Below are positions 1 to 9,664 of a DNA stretch of 64,000 nt, piece by piece. Source of the stretch: Planctomicrobium piriforme (lineage in GTDB: Bacteria > Planctomycetota > Planctomycetia > Pirellulales > UBA1268); assembly GCA_945871035.1 (NCBI GenBank), contig CAMBUD010000005.1:2743-66742 (forward strand). The letters are read 5' to 3'. Position 1 is the first letter of the stretch. Each line of letters starts with the position of its first letter. Made by a program: the position numbers and the translations under genes. The notes below the pieces were generated by a model that did not search any database, was not told the DNA's origin, and was given only the letters and a program-made list of their open reading frames with translations.

Positions 1-71
1 AGTTGCTACAAGCCGCACTCGTGGGCTCTGGATTGAGTTTTTAACCCTGTGGCCCGCTGGCAACAATACAA

Positions 72-398
72 TTGAACTTTATCCATCCGACAGCAATACG
101 CTCAATGCTGGCAGGTGCTCTGCTGCTCGGCGTGCTCATTGGTATCGGTATCGTTGCAATTGTGATAATCCGTTCATGGTCGCGACGATCGAGTGCCGAT
201 CGTGGCGATTGGGAAAGCGTTCTTAGCGATTATAAAAATCTGCGAGACAAGGGTGTGCTGAGCGAGGAAGAATACCGAAAAATAAGAACACTTGTGGAAC
301 TGAAAAAGCGTGATGACTCACTGCCTTTCACCCACAAACGACTGCATCCAGCCGATCCAGACCTAACAGATCAAACGCAAAAACGCACGAGGAACTAA
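72..398 (+). CDS. Small membrane-anchored protein with SHOCT-like domain
   Basis: One N-terminal TM helix ([21 protein letters not shown]) followed by a SHOCT-like motif ([19 protein letters not shown]); ends 4 nt before clpX; start uncertain (TTG 72 or ATG 105). Confidence 0.65.
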   Translation: MNFIHPTAIRSMLAGALLLGVLIGIGIVAIVIIRSWSRRSSADRGDWESVLSDYKNLRDKGVLSEEEYRKIRTLVELKKRDDSLPFTHKRLHPADPDLTDQTQKRTRN

Positions 399-402
399 AG
401 CA

Positions 403-1692
403 ATGCCATCTGGGAAAGACGTGAACAATCTCGGCCGACGAGGGGCTGGTGGAACGACCAAGAAGAATGCCTTCTGCTCATTTTGTCGCAAGAGCTACCG
501 AGATGTCGGGCCGCTTGTTGAAGGCCCTGGCGATGTTTACATCTGTGGGGAATGCATTGAGCTCTGCCAATCAATCCTCGATCAGGAAAAACGCCGCCGC
601 GGCACGAGCAAGCAACTTTTCACGTCGATTCCGGCACCTCGCGAGATCGTCTCCCACCTCGATCAATATGTGATCGGACAGGAACACGCCAAGCGAGTGC
701 TAGCCGTGGCTGTGCACAGTCATTACAAGCGCCTGATGCTCAGCAACGAAGGATCCGACATCGAGGTCGACAAATCCAATATTCTTCTCCTTGGGCCAAC
801 CGGCTGCGGAAAGACTCTGTTGGCTCGAACACTGGCAAAGATTCTCAACGTTCCCTTTGCAATCGGCGATGCCACCACTCTGACTGAGGCTGGTTACGTC
901 GGTGAAGACGTGGAGAATCTGCTGCTCAAACTGCTCAACGCTGCCGATTTTGATATCGAGGCTGCCCAGCGTGGCGTCCTCTACATCGATGAAATCGACA
1001 AGATCGGTAAGACGAGTCAAAATGTTTCGATCACTCGCGATGTCTCTGGCGAGGGAGTGCAGCAGGCCTTACTCAAGATGCTCGAAGGGACGGTGGCAAA
1101 TGTTCCTCCACAGGGAGGTCGCAAGCATCCCGAACAGCAGTACATACAACTCGACACCTCTAACATTCTCTTTATTTGCGGCGGCACTTTTGTGGGCATC
1201 GATAAGATCATTGCCCGCCGGCTGGGGAGACGCACGATTGGTTTTGGTCAGCCTAGCGGCTACAAGGGCGATGCTGATCTGGCGGAACTTCTGCCACAGG
1301 TTGATTCAGATGACATCCTGGAGTTCGGCCTGATCCCCGAACTCGTCGGCCGACTGCCTGTGATTTCCTCGCTAAAACCGCTCGACGCAAAGGCTCTCGT
1401 GCAGGTGCTCCGCGACCCGAAGAATGCGCTTGTCAAACAGTATCAAAAACTCTTTGGCATGGAAAACTGCCAACTGGAGTTCACCGAGGAAGCACTGTCT
1501 GCAATCGCGAAAAAGGCGATGGGCAAGGAAACAGGCGCCCGCGGCCTGCGGTCGATTATCGAGGATGTCATGCTCGATATTATGTTTGATCTACCCGATA
1601 ACGCTGGCAGCTCCTACGTGATCAACGAACGCAACGTCGAGGGCCTAGAACCGGTGATTCCACTGGTTGAGGCACGACATAAAAGCGCGTAG
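403..1692 (+). CDS. clpX: ATP-dependent Clp protease ATP-binding subunit ClpX
   Basis: C4 zinc finger (CSFC...CGEC), Walker [17 protein letters not shown] pore loop, Walker [11 protein letters not shown] loop, GARGLR sensor-2. Confidence 0.98.
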   Translation: MPSGKDVNNLGRRGAGGTTKKNAFCSFCRKSYRDVGPLVEGPGDVYICGECIELCQSILDQEKRRRGTSKQLFTSIPAPREIVSHLDQYVIGQEHAKRVLAVAVHSHYKRLMLSNEGSDIEVDKSNILLLGPTGCGKTLLARTLAKILNVPFAIGDATTLTEAGYVGEDVENLLLKLLNAADFDIEAAQRGVLYIDEIDKIGKTSQNVSITRDVSGEGVQQALLKMLEGTVANVPPQGGRKHPEQQYIQLDTSNILFICGGTFVGIDKIIARRLGRRTIGFGQPSGYKGDADLAELLPQVDSDDILEFGLIPELVGRLPVISSLKPLDAKALVQVLRDPKNALVKQYQKLFGMENCQLEFTEEALSAIAKKAMGKETGARGLRSIIEDVMLDIMFDLPDNAGSSYVINERNVEGLEPVIPLVEARHKSA

Positions 1693-1745
1693 CAGCGGCG
1701 GTCGGTACTATCTCGCAGCCGTTGGCCTGCAAAATGCTGGTGCGG

Positions 1746-2522
1746 TCAGTAGGACCCCTGCGGATAGTTTAACTGCTGCTCAGGAGCGGCCATTTTAAGA
1801 ATTGCTGCCGCGTCCCCAACACCGATTCGAGTGCATCCCATAGCGAGATACCCGACAGCATCCTCCCAGGTGCGAATACCGCCTGAAGCCTTGACCCCCA
1901 GTCGCGTGCCAACCGTGTCGAGCATCACGCGAACAGACTCCGGGGTTGCACCAATGATCTGGTCACGACCGGTAACAAAACCTGTCGACGTTTTTACAAA
2001 GTTGGCACCTGCCTCTTCTGCCAAGCAGCAAGCACGGACAATCTGCTTGGGCAACAGCAGGCAGGTTTCAAGAATGACCTTGACCATGACCCCATGCGGC
2101 ACCGCCTCTGCTACGACTGCAGCTATGCAGGATCGCACGGTCGCGTCGTCTCCAGAGAAAAAAGCACTCGTATGCATCACCATATCGAGTTCGCGTGCGC
2201 CGTCCTCAATGGCCAGTCGCGCTTCAAGTGCTACAACTTCACGCCGATGATTGCCGTGTGGAAAGCCGATGACGCTACTCACCACAACGCCCTTGTCGAG
2301 CACCAGCCGTGCAGCAGTTGCTACATCAACCGGGCGAACACAGATACAACCAACGCCGTGAGCCACGCACATGGCAGCCTGTTCGGCTACGTCAATCGCT
2401 GTGTACTCCGGCCTGAGCACGGCATGATCGAGCCGTTTGGCAACTTCTTGCACCGTAAAGGAGCGCAAGACTTGGGGCGGGATATCCGCTGAAGCACTTC
2501 CTGTAATTGTGTGGTTATTCAC
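1746..2522 (-). CDS. deoC: Deoxyribose-phosphate aldolase
   Basis: DHAVLRP, VIGFPHG, ELDMV, VKVILET, FVKTSTGF (Schiff-base Lys), VKASGGIR motifs. Confidence 0.95.
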   Translation of the reverse strand: MNNHTITGSASADIPPQVLRSFTVQEVAKRLDHAVLRPEYTAIDVAEQAAMCVAHGVGCICVRPVDVATAARLVLDKGVVVSSVIGFPHGNHRREVVALEARLAIEDGARELDMVMHTSAFFSGDDATVRSCIAAVVAEAVPHGVMVKVILETCLLLPKQIVRACCLAEEAGANFVKTSTGFVTGRDQIIGATPESVRVMLDTVGTRLGVKASGGIRTWEDAVGYLAMGCTRIGVGDAAAILKMAAPEQQLNYPQGSY

Positions 2523-3688
2523 TGCAGATCATCGCTTGCGTGCCGGGCATTTTTTTCACTCGCCATAGTTTCAAATCGGGCGAGTCGTTGCAGGGCGGCA
2601 ATGCCGCGATCGAGTATCGCTTCACTAACAGTGTAGGCGATACGAAAGTGGGTGTCGGCCGTACCGAACACCGTGCCGGGTACAACCAGTAGTTTTTCCT
2701 GATCGATGGCCCGTTGAGCAAACGCACTGCCTGATCCGCCTGGCGCTTCAGGGTAGAGATAAAATGCACCACCCGGCTGAACAAAGCGATAGTGACCACG
2801 CAGCCCTGCCATCAGTCGATCCCGTTTGCGGCAACAAGCGGCTAACGATAGTTCCATTGGACAGTCGATCGCGGCCAGTGCCGCCCACTGCCCAACCTGC
2901 GGCGCGCAGACAAAGGTGTATTGCTGCAAGGTCGAACAAGCCTCAATGATTGCCTTGGGTCCGTGTACCCATCCCACCCGCCATCCAGTCATTGCATGTG
3001 ACTTAGAAAAACCGTCCACCACAACAACTGCTTCGCTTTCTGTCGCTGGAGAGGCAAAGGGCGTGTCGTAGCAGTAGGAGCGGTAGAGTTCGTCGCTGAT
3101 CAGCGTCACGCTGCGTTGTTCGGCTAAGCGGGCAAGATCTCGGACTGTACTGGCTGAGGCGACAACGCCCGTTGGATTGGCTGGCGTGTTGAGAATGATA
3201 GCCCGACAGCGCGGCGTGATGACAGCGGCCACCTGCTCAACATCGATCTCAAATGTGGGCGCTGTGTCGATCACCACGCATTTTCCACCCAAAAACTCCA
3301 CTAACGGACGGTACATCAAAAATGCCGGTTCAAAGATGACAACCTCATCACCGGGGTCAATCAGCGACATCAACACCAGCACGAGCGCCCCGCTGGAGCC
3401 GCTTGTAATACACAGCTGTCGCTCTGGTTGATTCAGTTCATTCTGCACGCGCTCCTCTAGTCGCATGCGGAGAGCTTGAATCCCCTGCGTTGGCGTGTAA
3501 CCGCTTTTGCCAGCATCGATTGCAGCCTGGGCGGCGGCGCAGGCTTCTTTCGGCATCGCAAAATCGGGCTGGCCGATCGCAAGATTGATCGGATCGTGCA
3601 ACGTGGCGGCCAGATCGAAAACCTTGCGGATGCCTGATGAATCAAAGGCGCTGGCGCGCTTGGAAATCCGCCTGTCTACCGGTTTCAT
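2519..3688 (-). CDS. PLP-dependent aminotransferase class I/II (aspartate aminotransferase-like)
   Basis: NLAIGQPDF, YTPTQG, NTPANPTG, SDELY, GFSKSHAMTGWRVGW (PLP Lys); 4-nt overlap with deoC. Confidence 0.92.
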   Translation of the reverse strand: MKPVDRRISKRASAFDSSGIRKVFDLAATLHDPINLAIGQPDFAMPKEACAAAQAAIDAGKSGYTPTQGIQALRMRLEERVQNELNQPERQLCITSGSSGALVLVLMSLIDPGDEVVIFEPAFLMYRPLVEFLGGKCVVIDTAPTFEIDVEQVAAVITPRCRAIILNTPANPTGVVASASTVRDLARLAEQRSVTLISDELYRSYCYDTPFASPATESEAVVVVDGFSKSHAMTGWRVGWVHGPKAIIEACSTLQQYTFVCAPQVGQWAALAAIDCPMELSLAACCRKRDRLMAGLRGHYRFVQPGGAFYLYPEAPGGSGSAFAQRAIDQEKLLVVPGTVFGTADTHFRIAYTVSEAILDRGIAALQRLARFETMASEKNARHASDDLQ

Positions 3689-3720
3689 GCTCTCGTGCCC
3701 GAGGGGGTTGGCGGGGCGTG

Positions 3721-4941
3721 TTAGCCAGCATCCTTGAAAAGCGAATCGAGCTGTTTGCCGAGCTTTTCGCCACGCGCATCAAGCGTGATGACGTTGCCGT
3801 CGCGGCCGATGAGAATCACCGTTGGAATACCTCTGATGCCATAGAAGGTAGACAGTGGGTGCCGCCAACCTTCGCCTTCTGATTTTTCAAATAGGATCGG
3901 CCACGGAATCTTTTGTTCATCGACGAATTTTTCGAGTGCGCCACGATCCTCGTCGAGGCTCACACCAACCACTTCAAAACCCTTCGCGTGGTATTTTTCG
4001 TACTGTTCTAGCACGTTCGGAATTTCGGCAACGCACGGTCCGCACCATGTGGCCCAAAAATCAACCAGCACGACCTTACCAATCAATGATTTCTGATTGA
4101 AGGGCTTACCATCGAGGAGCGTACCCTTGATTTCCATCGGATGGCCGGGCAGAGACAGCCTGCGAAGTACGCCGGCAAAACTTTCGCCCATTTCACGGAT
4201 GCGCGCATTGGAACTCTTCGCAAAAATCGGCCCGAACGCACTGTAAGCGGCTTGGGCACTCTGTTCGCCACCTGGCATTTGCTCAAAGGCTCCGGCCAAC
4301 TGCATTGCCAGACCGGCGGTGGCTACGTCATTCGGATCAGCTGCCAGCATGGCTGCAGTCTTTTGAATAAGGGCCGGTCCTCCATCGAGCGTCCCGCTAG
4401 AAAAGATCTGCTGAGCCTCTGAGACAAGCAGCAGCCGCCGGGCTTCCGCGGCCAGTTCTACCGACGGGCTATCGACAAGCGTCTGTGCAAATATCGCCAT
4501 CTCGGCAGAAGCCTTTTCGTTCCCGAGCCTACCAAGCATCATCAGGCTCTCTAATTTGAGCTTGGCGGTGTCGTTGTAGATCTTGTCGTCTGGCTTGATC
4601 TGCTTGAGGATGACGTTGGCGGCTTGCACTGAAACTGTGGCCACATCCTGCATGTAAACCATCATCTCCTCGCGGGAAGATGGACGCATGTTTTCCTGTT
4701 TCAGACCCGCAATAAAAGCCAAAAGTTCTTGGGGCGTGCCTTCCGGTAGCGGCGGTACTTTAGGCAATTTTCCAGCCGGTGGTTGCGCGCTGATCGGGGC
4801 TTCAGCGACTGCAGCAGGTTGCTCACCCCGGGCTGGTGCGGGAATGATCAGCCCGAATGCTACACACAACAAGAAGCCCAGCCGAACAGGGTTTTGCAGC
4901 AGAGAAAATAGGGGTCGGACGCACGCGGTCGAGTGGAACAT
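3721..4941 (-). CDS. Exported TlpA/ResA-family thiol:disulfide oxidoreductase with N-terminal helical region
   Basis: C-terminal GKVVLVDFWATWCGPCVAEIP and YGIRGIPT motifs; signal peptide ending ARG-EQ; start placed at ATG 4941. Confidence 0.88.
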   Translation of the reverse strand: MFHSTACVRPLFSLLQNPVRLGFLLCVAFGLIIPAPARGEQPAAVAEAPISAQPPAGKLPKVPPLPEGTPQELLAFIAGLKQENMRPSSREEMMVYMQDVATVSVQAANVILKQIKPDDKIYNDTAKLKLESLMMLGRLGNEKASAEMAIFAQTLVDSPSVELAAEARRLLLVSEAQQIFSSGTLDGGPALIQKTAAMLAADPNDVATAGLAMQLAGAFEQMPGGEQSAQAAYSAFGPIFAKSSNARIREMGESFAGVLRRLSLPGHPMEIKGTLLDGKPFNQKSLIGKVVLVDFWATWCGPCVAEIPNVLEQYEKYHAKGFEVVGVSLDEDRGALEKFVDEQKIPWPILFEKSEGEGWRHPLSTFYGIRGIPTVILIGRDGNVITLDARGEKLGKQLDSLFKDAG

Positions 4942-5096
4942 AGCTGCCTCGCTGGATGACTCTCTTACTGGAGAGGGGTAAAGTTGGCGAATGACTCGAT
5001 GCGATCCTAACCGCAGCAGGGCCCATCCCGCAACGTTGGCTCGAGAGTGCACCCGATCAGAGGAAATGGCAACGATTTTCTACGCACGATCTGCTG

Positions 5097-6296
5097 CTAA
5101 TGCACAACGGTACGGAATCGCACAAACCCACTCTCTCCAGCCGGAAGCGGATCTTGAAACTGCCACTTGAGTACCACCGACCCATCGTCACCTGCTGTGG
5201 TCGAGAAGTCGGCTGGCAGGCTTGATGCGGGTGAGTTTGCAACCAACGTCAGCCGGACTGGCAGGGCGTCGACGAGCACCACATCCGTCAATGGCCGCTC
5301 CCCGGAGTTGAGCAGAAAGATTGTGAAGTCGAGTTCCTCACCGATCCGTGCAGTATCGCTACCGGCCCGCTTGCAGATCGTCAATTCGGTTCGACCGGCT
5401 GCCTCAATTCTCAGTGTTGCCGTGCCACGATCATTTGCGACAATATCAGCACTACGTCCCATCAGCAGGATCTGCGCGCCGCGAACACTTGTCCATTCTG
5501 TTGGCACATCGAAGCCAACCTTGAGCCGTGGCGTCTGTGTTTGCTCTGCGTGCATCGGTCGCGTATCGGCCGTTCGGGCTGTTGGTCGCTTGTCTCCAAT
5601 CGATTCATCCGGCAGGGCTTTCTGGTCGATTGCCAGCGGTGAGAGCAGTTCTTCGAGCGCCACGCCGGGCAGTGCTTTGCGGGCAGCCTCGGGAGCCACG
5701 CGCTGCGTGCTGCCCCATACCGGTTGCTGACGAACACCAGACTCCGTGATGGTGTCGAGCGCGATCCCCCGTGGGCCAACCGGTGACGCTTCCTCGTGCG
5801 GCTGTGTGACGTGCCTAACCGAGGCAAATCGCGGCGCGTAAACACACGCGATGTTCGAGACTGCCACTTGCACTTCGTGTGCGTCCGGCCCTTTGTCGGC
5901 GGCATGGTAGCGAGCCACTGTGTCACCTGCAGTCAGATTTTTAAGATCTAGTTTTCCGACAGCCTTTGCCGGCGCCTGTCCATCGCCACCGTCGCAGAGC
6001 AAAGAGGGCCGGACCAACGGCAGCAGGCTGCCGTGTGATGGACACGCCTGAGAACGTGCGTTGGCCCCGCTGCGACACTGCTGGCAATCGGTTTGCTGCC
6101 GCAGAGCAGGCTGGTGCTGCTGGGGCAGGGCAGGGCAGGACTCGCTACCGCTCGCCACGTCTGTTGCCTCGCTCCAGGTGGCTGCCACTAAGGGCATCGC
6201 GAGTGGTGCCGTCAACGAACGGCACGAGGCAAGCACGGCTGCGCTGCTGGCAATGGCGATGATCCGTAACCACCTTCTGCGCCGGTTACCGTTCAT
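5097..6296 (-). CDS. DUF11 (OmcB-like Ig-fold) domain lipoprotein
   Basis: Arg-rich n-region and lipobox LASC; C-terminal DUF11 pattern (ICKRA...ARIGEELDFTIFLLNSG...VVLVDALP...GESGFVRFRTVV); several N-terminal Cys. Confidence 0.75.
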   Translation of the reverse strand: MNGNRRRRWLRIIAIASSAAVLASCRSLTAPLAMPLVAATWSEATDVASGSESCPALPQQHQPALRQQTDCQQCRSGANARSQACPSHGSLLPLVRPSLLCDGGDGQAPAKAVGKLDLKNLTAGDTVARYHAADKGPDAHEVQVAVSNIACVYAPRFASVRHVTQPHEEASPVGPRGIALDTITESGVRQQPVWGSTQRVAPEAARKALPGVALEELLSPLAIDQKALPDESIGDKRPTARTADTRPMHAEQTQTPRLKVGFDVPTEWTSVRGAQILLMGRSADIVANDRGTATLRIEAAGRTELTICKRAGSDTARIGEELDFTIFLLNSGERPLTDVVLVDALPVRLTLVANSPASSLPADFSTTAGDDGSVVLKWQFQDPLPAGESGFVRFRTVVH

Positions 6297-7006
6297 GGAA
6301 CAACTCCTGGCGCAGGGAGACGATTGCCGATCCGAATCTCGGCCACCGGTTCGCCGAGTGTGGCGGCTACCTCAAAACAATCGTCACCTGGTCTCACATC
6401 AAACCAGCTTGACGGCAAGATATCTGGGCGGTCTGAATCGCTTGGTGCATACACAATTCGCTGCACATGTGCGCCGGCAAGCGCCACCTCGATGTCGTTC
6501 TGATCGATCAGGATCTCAACTGGAAAACGCCATGCCGTACCGGGAGGCGTTTGGAGCTTGGCAAGTATGCAAATGGACGGAAAGAGTTCCTGCCCCTCGG
6601 AAACTGCGGCACCAGCAACACGCAGCCGATAGGGCCGACCGACCACGAGTCCCATCCGCAGTGGAGCCGCTCGGAGCGAAGACCAGCCCGTGGCGGTTTC
6701 AATTGCGATATCCATACCGACAGGACCACTGATCTCAACTGGCTGAATGGTGTTGAGCAATCCAGCATTCGGATAGGAACCGGACTGCGGGTGACGCGAA
6801 ACGCCAATCGCTCCCGACACTGCTGTACCGGCAAATGGATCTGCTGCACTCGCCTCAACACCCTCGCGAGCCGAGCTCGTCGAAGTTGCCAAGGCGAATA
6901 CGGCTATTGCCAGTAGCCCGCGTGCAACCCGCAGCACGGTTCCTGCCCGAATTATTTTTTGATTGCTCCCAAACATCGCCTGTTGATTTCTGATCTTCAC
7001 GTTCAC
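6293..7006 (-). CDS. Secreted hypothetical protein (paralog of 7102..8316)
   Basis: Signal peptide (LLAIAVFALATSTSSA-RE), GGAGG RBS, ATGA overlap with the DUF11 gene; shares GP.GM, YRLR, ELFP, VY.P and IRIGN motifs with the upstream gene. Confidence 0.75.
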   Translation of the reverse strand: MNVKIRNQQAMFGSNQKIIRAGTVLRVARGLLAIAVFALATSTSSAREGVEASAADPFAGTAVSGAIGVSRHPQSGSYPNAGLLNTIQPVEISGPVGMDIAIETATGWSSLRAAPLRMGLVVGRPYRLRVAGAAVSEGQELFPSICILAKLQTPPGTAWRFPVEILIDQNDIEVALAGAHVQRIVYAPSDSDRPDILPSSWFDVRPGDDCFEVAATLGEPVAEIRIGNRLPAPGVVP

Positions 7007-7012
7007 TTTGCC

Positions 7013-7057
7013 TCCGTCGACCGCCTACTCGTCGACCGCCTGCTCATCGACCGCCCA
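7013..7057. repeat. Three imperfect 15-bp tandem repeats (consensus CTCGTCGACCGCCTA)
   Basis: TCCGTCGACCGCCTA / CTCGTCGACCGCCTG / CTCATCGACCGCCCA read directly; abuts the RBS of 6293..7006. Confidence 0.85.
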
Positions 7058-7101
7058 CTTGATCCGTCTGTTTTTTCGCGGGTAATCTCTTGAGGATCCC
7101 C

Positions 7102-8316
7102 TTATTCCGGCTCGGGTGGGCAGGGACCACTCGCCTCAGGATCGGGACAACCACTGTCGACAAAACGTGTTTTGTCATGGCGTGGTTGCTTGAGATGGAT
7201 ATGGGGGACGGTCGATTTTTCTGCGATGTAGGCACGGCTGGCCGGCTTGGGGTAGCTGAGGCCTGGGCTCTGCTGCACGTGGAGTTTGAGCTCGCGTGAG
7301 GGGGGCGGGATCTGCATCCTGGTGTGGTTGGTAATCGTGTGCTTGCGAAGACCAGCTGGCACTCCCAGCGGAATATGAGGCGGACCGGGGAGGCCAATGG
7401 GTGTGCCCGTGATCGGCATGCCGTACTCCGGGGCCGTCATCCCAGCCAGAAAGGCCGGTGGTAACTGGGCAGGATTACCGCCACATGGCATGCCTAACGG
7501 AGCAGCAAAGCCAAGCGGTGTTGCACCGTTTCCACTCCCAACAACAGTTCCGCCTGAGCCTTCGATCGCTGATTCAAGATCTTTATTGCCAATGCGAATG
7601 ATGGCCAAGATCGCGCCGCGGCGATCAGCCTCGACGACGGGATCAACGCCTGGATCCAGCCGTGTGCTAACGAGTTCCTCCACACCGGCGACAGCCAATT
7701 CTTGATACTCGGCATCGGGAAGATAGACGACTTTGGTGACAAAGTTTCCAGTGGTTACTTGATCGAGGTCTTCTTCTGTCAACCGAAAAGGGATCGCGTT
7801 GTGAGCAATGAAGGCATCTGTGCGTGGCGTGACAGGGCCAACTTCAAGCGTTGGATAGAGTTCTTCCCCTTCATGGTTGGGAATGTCTGTGAGTTTGAGA
7901 CGGTAGATAGCTCCCTGCGGAAAGTCGTAGCGACCGGGTGTGACCAGCGGCGATGAATCAAAACCGCCTGCTGTTGAAATATCCCATCGCACCTGCATGC
8001 CGTCGGGGCCGAGGAAACCAATCTGAGAGGTGGGGGGCAGGGGGATCATCGGTTGGCCCTCTCCATCGATGCCAACGCCAGCAGCGCTCATTGCTGCCTC
8101 GTAGGAAGCGGGCATGATCACGCCGGGACCGGGTCCTTCAACACCTGGTCCAGGATGCTGGAGCATCGTCGACGGTGGCAGCACGTTGGTGTGGGGAGTG
8201 GCGATCGGGCTCATCTGTGCTAGCCCTGTAAACGGAGAATTTGCCGGAATGTGGCAACCGACAAGAGTCGCGGCCAAAAAAAGTCCTAGAAAACCGGGCA
8301 GATTTCGCGTCAGCAT
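7102..8316 (-). CDS. Uncharacterised Pro/Gly-rich lipoprotein
   Basis: GGAGGTG RBS before ATG 8316, lipobox TLVGC, conserved-looking core (GPDGM...YRLKL...ELYPTLEV...FVTKVVYLP...IRIGN), Pro-rich termini. Confidence 0.8.
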   Translation of the reverse strand: MLTRNLPGFLGLFLAATLVGCHIPANSPFTGLAQMSPIATPHTNVLPPSTMLQHPGPGVEGPGPGVIMPASYEAAMSAAGVGIDGEGQPMIPLPPTSQIGFLGPDGMQVRWDISTAGGFDSSPLVTPGRYDFPQGAIYRLKLTDIPNHEGEELYPTLEVGPVTPRTDAFIAHNAIPFRLTEEDLDQVTTGNFVTKVVYLPDAEYQELAVAGVEELVSTRLDPGVDPVVEADRRGAILAIIRIGNKDLESAIEGSGGTVVGSGNGATPLGFAAPLGMPCGGNPAQLPPAFLAGMTAPEYGMPITGTPIGLPGPPHIPLGVPAGLRKHTITNHTRMQIPPPSRELKLHVQQSPGLSYPKPASRAYIAEKSTVPHIHLKQPRHDKTRFVDSGCPDPEASGPCPPEPE

Positions 8317-8524
8317 CGCATCACCTCCAAGCCTTACGCATTCAAAATGGTTCGAAAAAACTGGTTCGTTTCCGACATGGGCCGGCAGTCTTCGATTCCG
8401 TACACTCAGCCGAACGGGCAAGTAGCCAGCGGTTCAAAAACCGTAAGCGATCAAGCCGCTACAGGTTCTTCGACGCAGCACCGCCTGTTTCTTTGGAAAA
8501 ATCCTCACACTCGACCCAATCGTT

Positions 8525-9610
8525 ATGCTTGCAGACTTCCTCAAACCTCCCGACTTACCAAGCCGCCGCTGGACAGGCTTTTTTTTCGTCGGACTGCTGG
8601 TTTTGACAGTGGGTATTGCGTGTTCAGTTAAGGCTGGCGCCCAAGGGAATCACTCGGAAAGTATTTACCGGCCACAGTCCGATCCGTTGCCGCCGGCAGC
8701 AGACACCTTCAACGCGTTGCAATCCAAATCAGTGGGGCCTCCCGAAACTGCTCCACTCATAGCCAGTCCGGTGGAGCAGAACACTCGAGAGCCTGAGAAC
8801 TCGGTGGAGCAGGGGGGGAAGGCTGAGCGCATCGTGGCAGCCGCTTTGGCCTCTCTCGCAAGAGCCGATTCCATCACAGCCCGCGTTCGCCAACGGGTGC
8901 GAGTTGGAGACCGAGTGCTTGTCGGAGCAGGGCGATATGTGCAGTCTGGCTTGGGTCAGGATCAGCGGTTTCGATTTGAAACGACGATGAAGTCTGATAC
9001 AGAAGAGTTTGAGTTGCTTGAGGTCTGCGACAGTCTCTTTTTTTGGACGTATCGAAGAGTCGGCAACCTTCCTCCAGAGTTGGAACGAATTGATGTGCGT
9101 CGCACACAGGAACGCTTAGAGAAATTGGGGGTCGTTGATCGCCATGCCGTGTCTGCTTATCTGGGTGGCATTCAACGACCCCAGGCACTGCTGCGTGAGT
9201 GGTTTCGATTCATCTCAGTTGAATCAGCGGCCATAGACGATGTGGCTGTTTGGAGCATAGAGGGGCGCTGGAACACGGAAAAACTGGCGGGAATCCTGCC
9301 CGTGCAGGCCGAACTTATCCGCAGTCCGACTGGTATGACTGCGGCGCAACTACCCGCTGGCATGCCTTGGAGCGTACGATTCTCGATTAGTAAGCGTGAG
9401 CTTTTTCCTTTGCGAATCGAATGGCTGGCAATCCCAGGCAAACGACCAGTTGCCGAAGGGTTTCCGGAACCGATCGCCGTGCTCGAGTTCTACGACGTGC
9501 ACATTGATGATCCAGTGGATGCGTCGGCATTTGTCTACAAGCCTGCCACCGAGGGACTCGTAGACCTCACCGACACGTTCGTCAGCCAGTTGGGGCGACT
9601 GCGTCCTTAA
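8525..9610 (+). CDS. Exported hypothetical protein, possible LolA-like/lipoprotein-sorting fold
   Basis: Signal peptide (AGA-QG); beta-strand pattern with LEVCDSLFFWTY and C-terminal DDPVDASAFVYKP resembling LolA-family ends; fold is inferred. Confidence 0.6.
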   Translation: MLADFLKPPDLPSRRWTGFFFVGLLVLTVGIACSVKAGAQGNHSESIYRPQSDPLPPAADTFNALQSKSVGPPETAPLIASPVEQNTREPENSVEQGGKAERIVAAALASLARADSITARVRQRVRVGDRVLVGAGRYVQSGLGQDQRFRFETTMKSDTEEFELLEVCDSLFFWTYRRVGNLPPELERIDVRRTQERLEKLGVVDRHAVSAYLGGIQRPQALLREWFRFISVESAAIDDVAVWSIEGRWNTEKLAGILPVQAELIRSPTGMTAAQLPAGMPWSVRFSISKRELFPLRIEWLAIPGKRPVAEGFPEPIAVLEFYDVHIDDPVDASAFVYKPATEGLVDLTDTFVSQLGRLRP

Positions 9611-9664
9611 CGAAGTGGTCTTGCTTGTCCGCCTGAGTCTCAATGTGCTGTGCTGGCAATGGAA

